From Octopus bimaculoides (Eukaryota), in the NCBI RefSeq assembly GCF_001194135.2, contig NC_069008.1:570829-634828 (forward strand): 64,000 nt of DNA, given 5' to 3'. Of this stretch, positions 1-12,400 are shown one piece after another. Position 1 is the stretch's first letter, and each line of letters begins with the position of its first letter. The translations under genes were made by a program, and so were the position numbers. The notes beneath the pieces were generated by a model that made no database searches, was not told the DNA's origin, and worked only from the letters and a program-made list of their open reading frames with translations.

Positions 1-292
1 GTATGTGTGTGTGTTGTGTGTGTGCAAGTGTACATCATGAATACATGTGTATATATGCACATGTATATATATATATATACATACATATATATACATATAT
101 ATACATATATATAATATAAATATATATATATATACATATATATACACATACATATATATACACATAAATACACACACACACACACACACACACGTATATT
201 ATAATCACTATATGCGTGTATCTCCTATTTACTGTGCCAAATCTATACACCTATATATATATATATATATATTTTCATACATATATATACAT

Positions 293-328
<36 letters not shown>

Positions 329-1694
329 NNNNNNNNNNNNNNNNNNNNNNNNNNNNNNNNNNNNNNNNNNNNNNNNNNNNNNNNNNNNNNNNNNNNNNNN
401 NNNNNNNNNNNNNNNNNNNNNNNNNNNNNNNNNNNNNNNNNNNNNNNNNNNNNNNNNNNNNNNNNNNNNNNNNNNNNNNNNNNNNNNNNNNNNNNNNNNN
501 NNNNNNNNNNNNNNNNNNNNNNNNNNNNNNNNNNNNNNNNNNNNNNNNNNNNNNATATATATATATATATATATATATATACGTATGTATGTATGTATAT
601 GTACATATATATATATATATATGTAGGTATGTATGTATATATACATGTATGTGTGTATATGCCCATACAATAACATGAAAGACTGTATGTATGTTTGTGT
701 CTCTGTGATAGAAACCAAGAGAAGGTGAGAGGGAGTTAGAGGGGAGGAGAACAATGTATTCGAGGAGTGGTGAGAGGAGAGAAGTAAAAGCAGTGTATGA
801 GAGAGAGAGTGGGGTGAGTGAGAGGCTGGGAGTCTGTGTGTATGGGAATGTGAGTGAGGGGGAAAGGGGAGAGGTAGGAGGGAGGGAGGAAGGGAAGGTA
901 AGAGTGTGTGTGTGTGCATGTGTAAAAGAGAGAGGGAGGGGGAGGAAAAGAAAGAGAGAGAAAGAGTAGCAGAGGGACAGACAGACAGACATAGAGATGA
1001 AGAGGAGGGGAAGAAAGAGAAAGACTAAGGCATGGTGCGTGTCTGTGTGTCTGTATGTGTCTGTGTGTGTGTCTGTGTATGTATCTGTGTGTGTATGTGT
1101 GTGTGTCTGTGTATGTGTGTGTGTGTTTGTCTGTGTATGTGTGTGTGTATGTGTGTGTCTGTGTGTATGTGTGTAAGTGTGTGTGTGTATTTGTGTGTGT
1201 GTCTGTCTGTATGTATGTATGTGTGCGTCTGTGTATGTATGCGTGTGTCTGTCTGTATGTGTGTGTCTGTATCTGTGTGTGTGTGTGTGTGAAGGAGGAG
1301 GCAATAGTCAAAGGAAGGCGAGATGAGGTGGCAGGGTGGGGCGGCGGGGAAGCTACAGTTGATGCCAGAGCACTACACACTGGTTTGCCCAAACAGCAGG
1401 TCACGTGACAGTGAAGTCACGTGGTGTTTGGCACCTGTAGTCGTTTAGCCCCAGGTCAACCAGAACTGAGCACACCAACCATCACAGATGCACCAGCCAC
1501 AACTATTAATCCTTATTTCAAGGGGGCACCACGAAACATGTCCTTCAGAAACACTATATTATGGGTGCAATTTAAGGAATATTTTGCTGCTGTTTTGTGC
1601 AAGCCAAGTAACTACTTAAAGGTTAGTTTATAGCTATGGAATACAGCTGGTGGAGGTGGTGGAGGTGATGGTTGTTGCATATTCAATATACACA

Positions 1695-3245
1695 TACATA
1701 AGACAGTTAGGTGTGATTAGAAGGAGATTTGGCTGCTATTTCTACCAAGTCTAGCTACCATCTAGAGGTCTCCCTCATTGGCTCAGACATATATACATGC
1801 ATAGGGTGTCATCTGAGGGAGATTTGGCTGCTATTTCTACCTGGACTAGCTACCGGGTACAGGTTTCCATCATTAGCTCAAGCATGCACTTATACATACA
1901 TAAGAAAGTAGAATGTGGTTTGCGGGAGATTTGGCTGCTATTTCTAACAGCCTTAGCTACCGCAGAGGAATCTCCCTCAATGGCTTATACAAGCATAAAC
2001 ATATATATACATACATAAGACAAGGTGTGATCTGAGGGAGATTTATCTGCTGTTTCTACCTGGTCTAACTACCATGGAGTGGTCTCCCTCATTGGCTCAT
2101 ACATACATATATACATAGATAAGAGAATAGGGTGTGATTTGAGGGAGATTTGGTTGCTATTTCTAGCAGGTCCAGCTACCATGTAGAGGCCTCCCTCATT
2201 GGCTCATACATACATATATACATAGATAAGACAGTAGGGTGTGATTTGAGGGAGATTTGGCTGTCATTTCTACCAGGTCTAGTTACCATGCAGAGGTCTC
2301 CCTCATTGGTTCATATTTAGATATATACATACACAAGACAGTTGAGATTTGAGGGNNNNNNNNNNNNNNNNNNNNNNNNNNNNNNNNNNNNNNNNNNNNN
2401 NNNNNNNNNNNNNNNNNNNNNNNNNNNNNNNNNNNNNNNNNNNNNNNNNNNNNNNNNNNNNNNNNNNNNNNNNNNNNNNNNNNNNNNNNNNNNNNNNNNN
2501 NNNNNNNNNNNNNNNNNNNNNNNNNNNNNNNNNNNNNNNNNNNNNNNNNNNNNNNNNNNNNNNNNNNNNNNNNNNNNNNNNNNNNNNNNNNNNNNNNNNN
2601 NNNNNNNNNNNNNNNNNNNNNNNNNNNNNNNNNNNNNNNNNNNNNNNNNNNNNNNNNNNNNNNNNNNNNNNNNNNNNNNNNNNNNNNNNNNNNNNNNNNN
2701 NNNNNNNNNNNNNNNNNNNNNNNNNNNNNNNNNNNNNNNNNNNNNNNNNNNNNNNNNNNNNNNNNNNNNNNNNNNNNNNNNNNNNNNNNNNNNNNNNNNN
2801 NNNNNNNNNNNNNNNNNNNNNNNNNNNNNNNNNNNNNNNNNNNNNNNNNNNNNNNNNNNNNNNNNNNNNNNNNNNNNNNNNNNNNNNNNNNNNNNNNNNN
2901 NNNNNNNNNNNNNNNNNNNNNNNNNNNNNNNNNNNNNNNNNNNNNNNNNNNNNNNNNNATACATATATACATAGATAAGACAGTAGGGTGTGATTTGAGG
3001 GAGATTTGGCTGCTATTTCTAGCAGGTCTAGCTGCCATGTAGAGGCCTCCCTCATTGGCTCATACATACATATATACATAGATAAGACAGTAGGGTGTGA
3101 TTTGAGGGAGATTTGGCTGTCATTTCTACCAGGTCTAGTTACCATGCAGAGGTCTCCCTCATTGGTTCATATTTAGATATATACATACACAAGACAGTTG
3201 AGATTTGAGGGAAATTTGGCTGTTATTTCTACCAGATCTAGTTAC
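1695..3245 (+). repeat. ~107-bp tandem array (R half of a bipartite repeat), spans N gap
   Basis: Unit ...gggtgtgatttgagggagatttggctgctatttctaccaggtctagctaccatgcagaggtctccctcattggctcatacatac...; about 9 visible units (e.g. 2141, 2248, 2998, 3103). Confidence 0.95.
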
Positions 3246-3617
3246 ACCTGTCCTCGTCTTTTGTTTTCTGATAAATTTCAACTACATATTCCCCACCTGG
3301 ACAGGACCCCAGTCCCTCGCAGGATTAACTCACTTTTTGCAGCTGAGTCGAGTGGAGCAATGTGAAATGAAGTGCTCTGTGCATAGAGTCAACAGATGAG
3401 AGATCCAGAGATTCTCAGAATAGAAAACACTTAGTAGCGTTCGAATGATTCGAACTTAGACTCTAATGTCTTTACGAGGCACCAATTCCACGGGGTAAAG
3501 AGTGGCCACAAGACGAATCCAGGGGAGCAGATATGGAAACAATTAGGTCTTTGCTTTCTTTCTGTTTTCATCTATACATACATACATATATATGTACAGA
3601 CGTGTGTGTGTATGTAT

Positions 3618-4110
3618 CATCATCATCATTGTTTAACGTCCGCCTTCCATGCTAGCATGGGTTGGACGATTTGACTGAGGACTGGTGAAACCAGATGGCT
3701 GCACCAGGCTCCAATCTGATTTGGCAGAGTTTCTACAGCTGGATGCCCTTCCTAACGCCAACCACTCTGAGAGTGTAGTAGGTGCTTTTACGTGTCACCG
3801 GCACGAAGGCCAGTCAGGCGGTACTGGCAACGGCCACGCTCAAAATGGTGTATTTTATGTGACACCTGCACAGGAGCCAGTCCAGCAGCACTGGCAACGA
3901 TCTTGCTCGAATGTCTTTACACATGCCACAGGCACAAGTGCCAGGAAGGTGCCATCACAATTTTGCTTTCGCTTGCCCCAACAGGTCTTTGCAACCGGAG
4001 TTTAGGAAGGTGTGCATAAGTGCGCTGGCTGCACCCCTGGCAGAGGCCTTGGATTTAGGTCTCATTTGGCTTGCTGGGTCTTCTCACGCACAGCATATTT
4101 CCAAAGGTCT
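3618..4110 (-). mobile_element. RTE-type LINE 3' UTR / tail with (ATG)n end
   Basis: Ends ggaaagcggacgttaaacgatgatgatg on the minus strand; contains ggatgcccttcc and ~45-bp internal subrepeats; at least 13 copies in the window. Confidence 0.8.
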
Positions 4111-5087
4111 CTGCTTTCGTCTAACTTCTCATTATTGTATTCTTTCTGTTCAAACCTTAATAATGTCTCAAGGATTGCATACATACAGGATGGCTGAAAC
4201 CTCATGTTCGAGTATTGCCATCACCCAATCAAAAGTCCCACACATGCAAAGGCTGTGACCAGCCATTTTTGCAATATGTCTTAGTTGTTTTTTTCTCAAG
4301 TGATGTCTGTGCATAATGATTTTTTTTTTTTAGTGGGGGAAGGATTTGCACAAATCCAATCCAACTTTCTGAACGTGGACAACATAAACTCGTAAAGAAG
4401 ATTTAATCTACATCATCAAATATTATCAGAGATGCAGGTTTTCTGTCAGAGTCTCCTCAGGGCTAACGTTAAGCTGATTGGACCAATTACTCCCAATCAA
4501 GCCCCATGCCGAAGTGGGGCCTGCACTCCAGAGGCCACATTCTATACTGCAACATTTGCTAAAGGTAGTCTCCCTGAAGCTTTTTAAAAAAACCTACATG
4601 GTCTTTCAAAAAAAAAAAAACATACCTTCTACACTTTAGCAACACCAGATATCAAATGAAAAAAAACCCTTTATGCAAAATTGCTTGGGTCAGCCAATGA
4701 ATTTGAAGAAATTTATTGTATCTTTAGTGAAAGGGTCAATATGTATGTTTGTATGTGAATGTATGAGAGTGTTTATGAGGGTGTTTGGGTAAAATATTTG
4801 TGTCTGTGAGAGTATGTATATGCGTGTGCGTATGTTTGTGTGAGTCAGTTTCTATAAATATGGAGAATTTGGGGGAAACTGTTTTATTTCAATAAAGTGT
4901 ATTTCATATATATATATATTCTTTTATTTGTTTTAGTCATTTGACTGCGGCCATACTGGAGCACTGCCTTTTGTCAAACAAATCGACCCAGGACTTATTC
5001 TTTGTAAGCCTAGTACTTACTTATCCTATCGATGAGTGTGTTAAATTAAAAGGCAATAAAAGAGAATGACTCTCCCCAACCACAACA

Positions 5088-5127
<40 letters not shown>

Positions 5128-5128
5128 G

Positions 5129-5324
5129 TGAGGTGGGGTGTTGGAAAGTTCCTGACTCGCGGTAAAAGAAAATACAGGAGGATCAGTTAATTATGATTCT
5201 ATTCAACATCTTTCCCTCTCAAGTTCACACACTTATTGCAGTGGTCCTTTGGTTATTCTAAGTGCTGTGATAGAACACAGAAGGTTGGGCCTCCAAAGGC
5301 CAGGAACTCTCCAACACCCCTCGC
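5129..5324. mobile_element. ~200-bp mariner-like MITE
   Basis: TIRs ggggtgttggaaagttcctg / caggaactctccaacacccc; a related copy at about 20659-20841 shares the internal ggaggatc.gttaatt.tgattctattcaacat. Confidence 0.65.
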
Positions 5325-6126
5325 ATGTATGTGTATGTGTGTGTGTATTATGCACATATATTTGTCTGTGTATACACACACACACACTTACTCTTTTACC
5401 TGTTTCAGTCATTTGATTGTGACCATGCTGTAGCACCACTTTTAGATGAGCAAATTGATCCCAGGACTTATTCTTTATAAGCCTAGAACTTATTCTATCA
5501 GTAACTTTTGCCGAACCGCTAGGTTACGGGGACAGACACAGACACACAAACACATACATATATACGATGGGCTTCTTTCAGTTTCCGTTTACCAGATCCA
5601 CTCCCAAAGGCTTTGGTTGGCCCAAAGCTATAGTAGAAGACGCAGTGGGACTGAACCAGGAACTCCTTAAGAGTATTGTATACATCTAATATTATACATA
5701 TATATGTACAGAAAGAAAGAAAGAAAAAGAGGTGGATGAAAGAGAGAAACGGTTAGACATGTCTGCACTTTTATGAATGCGTGTGTATGTGTGTAGATTA
5801 TGCTAATTGATATATACGCATACTAGCGCGCGCGCACACACACATATGTGCATGTATGTGCTCATGTATGTATATTTACCCTCACGTGCATATTGTTTGC
5901 AACGCGCGCGCGTCAGTTTGTGTGTGTGAGCATTACTATGTGTGTGCGTGTTTGCATGTCTGCGTTTGTCACTGTCAGCGCGTGTGTGTGTGTGTGTGTG
6001 CGTATGTGTATGTGTGCAAATGTCAACGCACATGGCAAGTCGTAGTTACGCGCACGGCGACGAATTTACACGAAATCTGACGGCTTGACACGAAGTCTGA
6101 CGGACAACTCTTATGCTTATGAGCAG

Positions 6127-6154
6127 TGACGTCAGGTGACGTCAGGTGACGTCA
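6127..6154. promoter_or_regulatory. Three perfect CRE palindromes (TGACGTCA) at 10-bp period in a CpG-rich patch
   Basis: TGACGTCA at 6127, 6137 and 6147. Confidence 0.5.
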
Positions 6155-7144
6155 TCGCCCGCTTGATTCGCTGTCATTCTCCAACAGTTGGCTCTTTAAC
6201 CCCAGGTAAGACCTACCTGGTCGATTAAACCTATGATCAAAAGCGCTCCAGCACAGATCACCTCGATTTTTCTTTTTTTTTGTAGTGTCTCGGAGACTAC
6301 ACAATAACGAGTGCCCGTCCACGAGATCGACATCATCTAGTGGGAGATTTGGCTGCTATTTCTAGCAATCAGAAGACTGCGTAGAGGATCCCGTGATAAT
6401 TGTAGTAGGGAAGGTGGTTCGTGGTGGTGGTGGTGGTGGTGGTAGTAGTGGTGGTGGTAGTCAACGAAAAATAATAGTGTTAGTGTTAATGATTGCTGCA
6501 ATGATGATGATGATGGTGATAATGGTGATGATGATGATGGTGATGATGGTGGTGGTTGTTTTTGCTCTTGTTGCCGAACGCTAGGTCAGTCCGGATTTAG
6601 CAGACAGTCTCCCAGCATTATCGGTGATCTGGGTTTTATGGTTACAGAATGCCAGGTGAAGGTTCTTGCAACACACACACACACACACATACATACATAC
6701 ATACATTAATGCACATACGCATTTACACATAAATACACACACATACATATACAAGTACATACCTAGACACACATTCGCATACAAACGCACACGAACACAT
6801 ACAAGCAGTGTTATATACACATACACAATGCAAACATACGCATATATACACATAGAAACACACACACAAACGTACATACATGCACACATGTCTACTGGTG
6901 GATTGCATGGGATACAATGCACCAGTATGGAGGCCCTGTTGCATTGTGAACATAATTCCTCACCCAGTTCAACCCTGCTATCTTGTGCCACAGCAGAATG
7001 GTTCTTTGACCACTGAATATAAATGCATCCCCCCCCCCANNNNNNNNNNNNNNNNNNNNNNNNNNNAAAAAAAAAAAAACTAATGTATATTATGGAAATA
7101 CTACACACACACACACACACCTAATGGTAAAAATACCATACAAG

Positions 7145-7816
7145 CAGTGGTGGCTCATGTACAGGAACTGCAGAACTGCAGCACCCCCTATTTCCACTCG
7201 ATATTATCAATAGCATTCAATATAATGAGTCTTTCTTTTCTTTAATTCTTTCTTTATACTTATACATTATATAATCCTTAAGTTTAATGTCTGTAGCCAT
7301 CCCTTAGTTTATAAAAAAAAAATACAAAAATCCTTGCATGGAATTGTGTGCTTCACAGTTCCAGTGAAGTAGTGTTTGGCTGTTGTGTGCATGTTCACAT
7401 GTCCGAGATAGGAAGCTTCACACTAGGGAGAGACAGTACTGTCGTTCATGCAGTGCCGACCTTGGTGTGCTGGTGAAAGAGTTTCTTTTGACTCCGCCCT
7501 GTGTTGTGCTTAGAAACATGTTAGATACAGTGTAGAATTAGATTATTATCCTGCTTCCAGGATTTGAAAATAGAGCAAATTTTTCCAACATATTTTGTGA
7601 TTGAGGAGGGATTTTTGAAAAACCAAGGGGGAATTTGCAGCAGTGTCCAGTGAAGAAATTAAACACACTACCCACCAGTGGCTAAAACACAAACTGATCA
7701 AGTTTATGTATAAATATTCTTTTTATATATTTGTTTCCTTTTGCACAATATTAAAAGAACAGCTAAAAATTTTCTGAAGCAGCACCTCAAATAATTTTAT
7801 TTATGAGCCACTACTG
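7145..7816. mobile_element. Non-autonomous hAT element, 672 bp
   Basis: 14-bp TIRs CAGTGGTGGCTCAT / ATGAGCCACTACTG (13/14 match); 8-bp TSD CATACAAG (7137-7144) / CATCCAAG (7817-7824). Confidence 0.8.
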
Positions 7817-8289
7817 CATCCAAGGGATGACATTCAGTGAAGCAATGACCAAATATTTTGCCTCTTTCAGGAACTGAAATATCTCATCTGTGCACAACTA
7901 CAGATAAGAGCAGTATATCACTGACTGAACTGCTGGATCCATTAAAGCTTCTTCTTGTCTTCTATCAGTGCATCTCAATGAAATGTTTTAGAGAATTTAG
8001 AGCCAGCAATGAAAGTTATGATATTTCATATATGAAGACATATATGTAAACAATGCAATTGAAGGTAGAAAAAATAGGTAACGGATGTCTAAACAACTTT
8101 CAGAAGTGCCTGCTCTTTCTTCGGTCAACCCTTTCACCATCCAGGCATATTGATTGCTTAAATGCAGAGATTTAGATATCAAACCCATTCCTGGCAACCG
8201 ATACGTGTGTATTAATTGCTTGCAGGGAAACCATATTTCGTTGTGCAGCCATTGTATGTTCAATCTCGGGAGGGTAAGATTCCCAAGAT

Positions 8290-8460
8290 CCGGGGACAAG
8301 TTCCCTCCAGTGGTCCTTGTCCTTCACCATTGCTGCCATGTCCTGTGTCAGTCCTTCGGGCATCAACATAGGTCATCCTCAGTCTCCCTTTTCTAGTGTG
8401 TCCGTGGAGGGGCTCCCACGGGGGCACTGAGAGCAGTATCAACTCTGAATGACGGTCAGC
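8290..8460 (-). mobile_element. Second non-LTR retroelement C-terminal relic (RTE/RTEX-like)
   Basis: Minus-strand peptide PWEPLHGHTRKGRLRMTYVD resembles RTE(X) ORF ends. Confidence 0.5.
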
Positions 8461-8528
8461 AGGTCCAGTTTTTCAAAAATCCCTCCTCAATCACAAAATG
8501 GGGAGGGGGAATGTGTATGTATATAGGT

Positions 8529-8845
8529 ATTCAGATGCACATATTTATATTTATTTTCTGAAAGCTATATCAGCGTGTCCCAGCCTTTTCACTACCAAAG
8601 ACCCCTTTTATTTAAATGAGTTTTCCCACCAACCTTTTTTATTACGTTGTCAAGGAAGTTCTTGTGGCTTTTAACCTTTAAATTCAGATGTACACATAAT
8701 TATTTCCTGAAAGCTATATCAGCGTGTCCCAGCCTTTTCACTACCAAAGACTCCTTTTATTTAAATGAGTTTTCCCACCAACCCCTTTTATTGTGTTGTC
8801 GAGAAAGTTCTTGCAGGTTTTTAACCTTTAAATTCAGATGCACAT
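8529..8845. repeat. ~149-bp tandem duplication (2 copies) including the mariner terminus
   Basis: ttatt.t.ctgaaagctatatcagcgtgtcccagcc... at 8551 and 8700. Confidence 0.9.
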
Positions 8846-9100
8846 ATCTCGGCTCAAACAAAACTTTGTTAATCGAAATAAACACCATCAGAATCAACAC
8901 ACTTTTGCCGACGCGAAACAAGTTTATTTCTGCCAGTAGCATAAAAATCCTGCATTCTGGTGGCGATGAAGTCGTTGAAGGCGTGTTTGGCATCGTCTTG
9001 GTTTTTGAAGCATTTCTCACGCAGGAAGTTGTCGAGATGCTTGAAAAAGTAGTAGTCGGTAGGCGAGAGGTCTGGGGAGTATGGTGGATGAGGCATTAAA
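8791..9100 (-). mobile_element. Mariner transposon 3' relic (transposase C-terminus plus terminal repeat)
   Basis: ORF 8869-9138(-) carries HPPYSPDLSPTDY (mariner YSPDLxPxD motif with the third catalytic Asp) and ends ...CVDSDGVYFD*; TIR-like end ttgtgttgtcgagaaagttc next to TA at 8789-8790. Confidence 0.92.
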
Positions 9101-9119
9101 CGATGATGATGAGGAGATA

Positions 9120-9217
9120 TACGAAGGATGTATGACAAGTTTTGAGCCTTTCAGCCTTGAAATCTTGTACCACATTTTGTTTTTTGGAGGCTCAAGATTT
9201 TTCATACACCCTTCATA
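9120..9217. mobile_element. ~98-bp mariner-type MITE
   Basis: TA-CGAAGGATGTATGACAAGTTTTGAGCCT ... AGGCTCAAGATTTTTCATACACCCTTCA-TA; ~28-bp TIRs, TA target site. Confidence 0.75.
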
Positions 9218-9238
9218 AATATATATATATATATATGT

Positions 9239-9610
9239 AGGCGTAGGAGTGGCTGTGTGGTAAGTAGCTTGCTTACCAACCACATGGTCCCGGGTTCAGT
9301 CCCACTGCGTGGCATCTTGGGCAAGTGTCTTCTACTATAGCCTCGGGCCGACCAATGCCTTGTGAGTGGATTTAGTAGACAGAAACTGAAAGCAGCCTGT
9401 CGTATATATGTATGTGTTTGTCCCCCAAACATCGCTTGACAACCGATGCTGGTGCGTTTATGTCCCTGTAACTTAGCGGTTCGGCAAAAGAGACCGAAAG
9501 AATAAGTACTAGGCTTCCAAAGAATAAGTCCTGGGGTCGATTTGCTCGACTAAAGGCGGTGCTCCAGCATGGCCACAGTCAAAAGACTGAAACAAGTAAA
9601 AGAGTAAAAG
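9239..9610 (+). mobile_element. tRNA-derived SINE family A, near full length
   Basis: A-box TGGCTGTGTGGTAAG, B-box GGTTCAGTCCC, body and aagagta-type tail. Copies or fragments (approximate) at 5390-5665(-), 9785-10110(+), 12910-13060(+), 13646-14135(+), 15620-15880(+), 18285-18420(+), 24575-24965(-), 43725-44065(-), 47745-48010(+), 54965-55075(-), 59955-60230(-). Confidence 0.85.
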
Positions 9611-12261
9611 ATATATATATATATATATGAAGGGCATCCAGCTGTAGAAACTTTGCCAGATCAGATTGGAACCTGGTGCACCCATCTGGTTCACCAGTCC
9701 TCAGTCAAATCGTCCAGCCCATGCCAGCATGGAAAGCGGACGTTAAACGATGATGATGATGATGATATATATATATAAATAAAGAGGCGCAGGAGTGCGT
9801 CTGTGCTAAGTAGCTTGCTTACCAACCACATGATTCCGGGTTCAGTCCTACTGCATGAGACCTTGGACAAGTGCCTTCTACTATAGCCTCGGGCTGACCA
9901 AAGCCTTGTGAGTGGATTTGGTAGACAGAAACTGAAAGAAGCCCGTCGTATGTGTGTTCACGTCCCCGTAACCTAGAGGTTCGGCAAAAGAGAACGATAG
10001 AATAAGTACTAGGCTTAAAAAGAATAAGTCCTGGGGTCTATTTGTTCGACTAAAGGCGGGTGCTCCAGCATGGCCGCAGTCAAATGACCGAAACAAATAA
10101 AAGAAAAGAATATACACGCACACACTTGTGTCTTAATGTGTTTCTATTTATCCCCTGCCACTGCGTGACAAGAGGTGTTGGTTTGTTTATGTCACCGAAA
10201 CTTTGCCGTTCAACAAAAGAACACAACAGCCTTGTACCAACCATTAAAAAAAAAAAACCCATAGGTCCTGGGCTCGATTCATTCGACTAAAAAAAGAAAA
10301 GAAAGCCGTCCGAATCGCTGCCCAGCCTGGCTGAGGTCCCAGTGAAATAAAAGAAGGTGCGTGTGTACATGAAATAGTTTGGTGGTTGTGAGAGAAGAAA
10401 GAAGTTCTTGAAAGGGAAGAAATGGTAGAACAGAAGAAAGAGGGTGGAAGTTTGCTTAAAGCACCCCGTATTAAACCCTCGTATCTTCTTTATTTTGGGG
10501 GAAATTTCAGATTTTTGCGAATTTGTATTCTCCACACGGGAGTTCGTTCATATGATTATCCAAAAACAAAAACAGAAATTTGGGGTGCGTNNNNNNNNNN
10601 NNNNNNNNNNNNNNNNNNNNNNNNNNNNNNNNNNNNNNNNNNNNNNNNNNNNNNNNNNNNNNNNNNNNNNNNNNNNNNNNNNNNNNNNNNNNNNNNNNNN
10701 NNNNNNNNNNNNNNNNNNNNNNNNNNNNNNNNNNNNNNNNNNNNNNNNNNNNNNNNNNNNNNNNNNNNNNNNNNNNNNNNNNNNNNNNNNNNNNNNNNNN
10801 NNNNNNNNNNNNNNNNNNNNNNNNNNNNNNNNNNNNNNNNNNNNNNNNNNNNNNNNNNNNNNNNNNNNNNNNNNNNCCATTTATTTTCCCATGGTTTAAT
10901 TGTATTTCTTTCAACACACGTATCCACATCAAGAATCTTGCACACGAAATATGATTTAAGGCTTGTTTAGCTGTTATTTTTAGCACGTCTTATGACCACT
11001 TGATACCCACCCCTCTTCGTTTGGTTGTCAGTCTGTGTATTGAAGTTTTTCCATTCCGTTCTTTAATGGTCAAATGTCCGTATTTTAAAGTGTGATGCGA
11101 AAAGGAAAATTCAAAAAAATTAACCAAAAAAAAAAAAATTGTTTTTTTTTTAATTTCGGAAAATTAATTTTTTTATTCTTTTTCATAGTTTTTTAAATTC
11201 CTGTGTAAATACAAATTCACAAAAATTTCCTGAAAATTCCAAAACATCAAAAAGATTAGGGATTAAACGGGATGCATAAAGCAGGATTCCACAAAAAAGG
11301 GACAGGGAGAGAGAAAGAGAGAGACAGACAGGTAGATAGACAGGTAGACAGACAGATAGAGATAGAGAGACAGATGGATAGATAGACAGACAGATAGAGA
11401 CAGATGGATAGATAGATAGATAAATAGATAGATAGATAGAGAAAGAGAGAAAGGTCTGCTATGAGAATTCCCACGTGGTTCGTCCGGCGTCACTGCAATT
11501 CGTGAACATCTCCAGCCCAACTTTCTGAACAGCTGGGCCGGTTTGTTTGTTTTTCCTTCTTTCCTTTCCCGTTTCGACAAGTCTTCGCACTAAGGGCTGC
11601 TTACAATGGATGATTAAGATTAAAACCACTATATTAATATATTAAAATTAAATGTAGTAAATCTTTAGCTCCGCCGCTCTAAACATTCCGAGTTAAAATC
11701 AGCCGAGGCTGATTTTTTTTCTTTTTTATATATCCTCCAAGGAATTTATAAAATGAAGTTCTTTAAATACTGGGGGGGGGCGATTTAATGAACAGTTAAT
11801 AATTATAATTCCTTTCACATCAAAGTTGTTTTAAAGGAACGTGCAACAGACCCAATCTCCACCGAGTGCCCTCGCTTTTTCTGTTCCGCGATGCGGCTCT
11901 GTGCAGAGGTTATTTCCCCTGCTTCTTTGATCAGCTGAACACCNNNNNNNNNNNNNNNNNNNNNNNNNNNNNNNNNNNNNNNNNNNNNNNNNNNNNNNNN
12001 NNNNNNNNNNNNNNNNNNNNNNNNNNNNNNNNNNNNNNNNNNNNNNNNNNNNNNNNNNNNNNNNNNNNNNNNNNNNNNNNNNNNNNNNNNNNNNNNNNNN
12101 NNNNNNNNNNNNNNNNNNNNNNNNNNNNNNNNNNNNNNNNNNNNNNNNNNNNNNNNNNNNNNNNNNNNNNNNNNNNNNNNNNNNNNNNNNNNNNNNNNNN
12201 NNNNNNNNNNNNNNNNNNGACCGGTCTCACTTCGTGTCATCTGCCGAATTGCTTTTGTTGT

Positions 12262-12400
12262 TCAGCTTCTACCTTTTACTCCTCCTCCCCCTCCTTCTTC
12301 TCCTCCTCCTCTTCCTTCTTCTTTTTCTCCTCCTCCTCCTCTTCCTTCTTCTTTTTCTCCTCCTCCTCCTCTTCCTTCTTCTTCTTGTTCTTCTTCTTCA
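12262..12400. repeat. Polypyrimidine (TCC/TTC) tract with ~30-bp higher-order repeat
   Basis: ttcttctttttctcctcctcctcctcttcc repeated. Confidence 0.85.

Noticed and set aside
1-1310. Long ORFs rich in Y/I/H/T/C/V, some running through N
   Set aside because: Translations of (TA)n, (CA)n and (TG)n microsatellites and gaps; no coding signal. The same applies to similar ORFs throughout the window.
1695-3245. Regularly spaced repeats superficially like a CRISPR array
   Set aside because: Eukaryotic context, the whole ~107-bp unit repeats, and there are no unique spacers or cas genes.
3685-4258. Recurring ORFs starting MKPDGCTRLQSDLAEFLQLDALP (also 17345, 27435, 38269)
   Set aside because: Antisense reading of the LINE 3' UTR repeat; frames are not conserved between copies.
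4370-4600. Complex-looking unique sequence with short open frames on both strands
   Set aside because: No recognisable protein and no consistent splice-site pair.
9239-9330. tRNA-like A/B boxes
   Set aside because: Heads of SINEs; no complete cloverleaf, so not called as tRNA genes.
11440-11943. GC-richer patches with minus-strand frames (e.g. GVQLIKEAGEITSAQSRIAEQKK)
   Set aside because: Could be exons of a neighbouring gene cut by gaps, but I cannot assign homology or splice sites; needs BLASTX.
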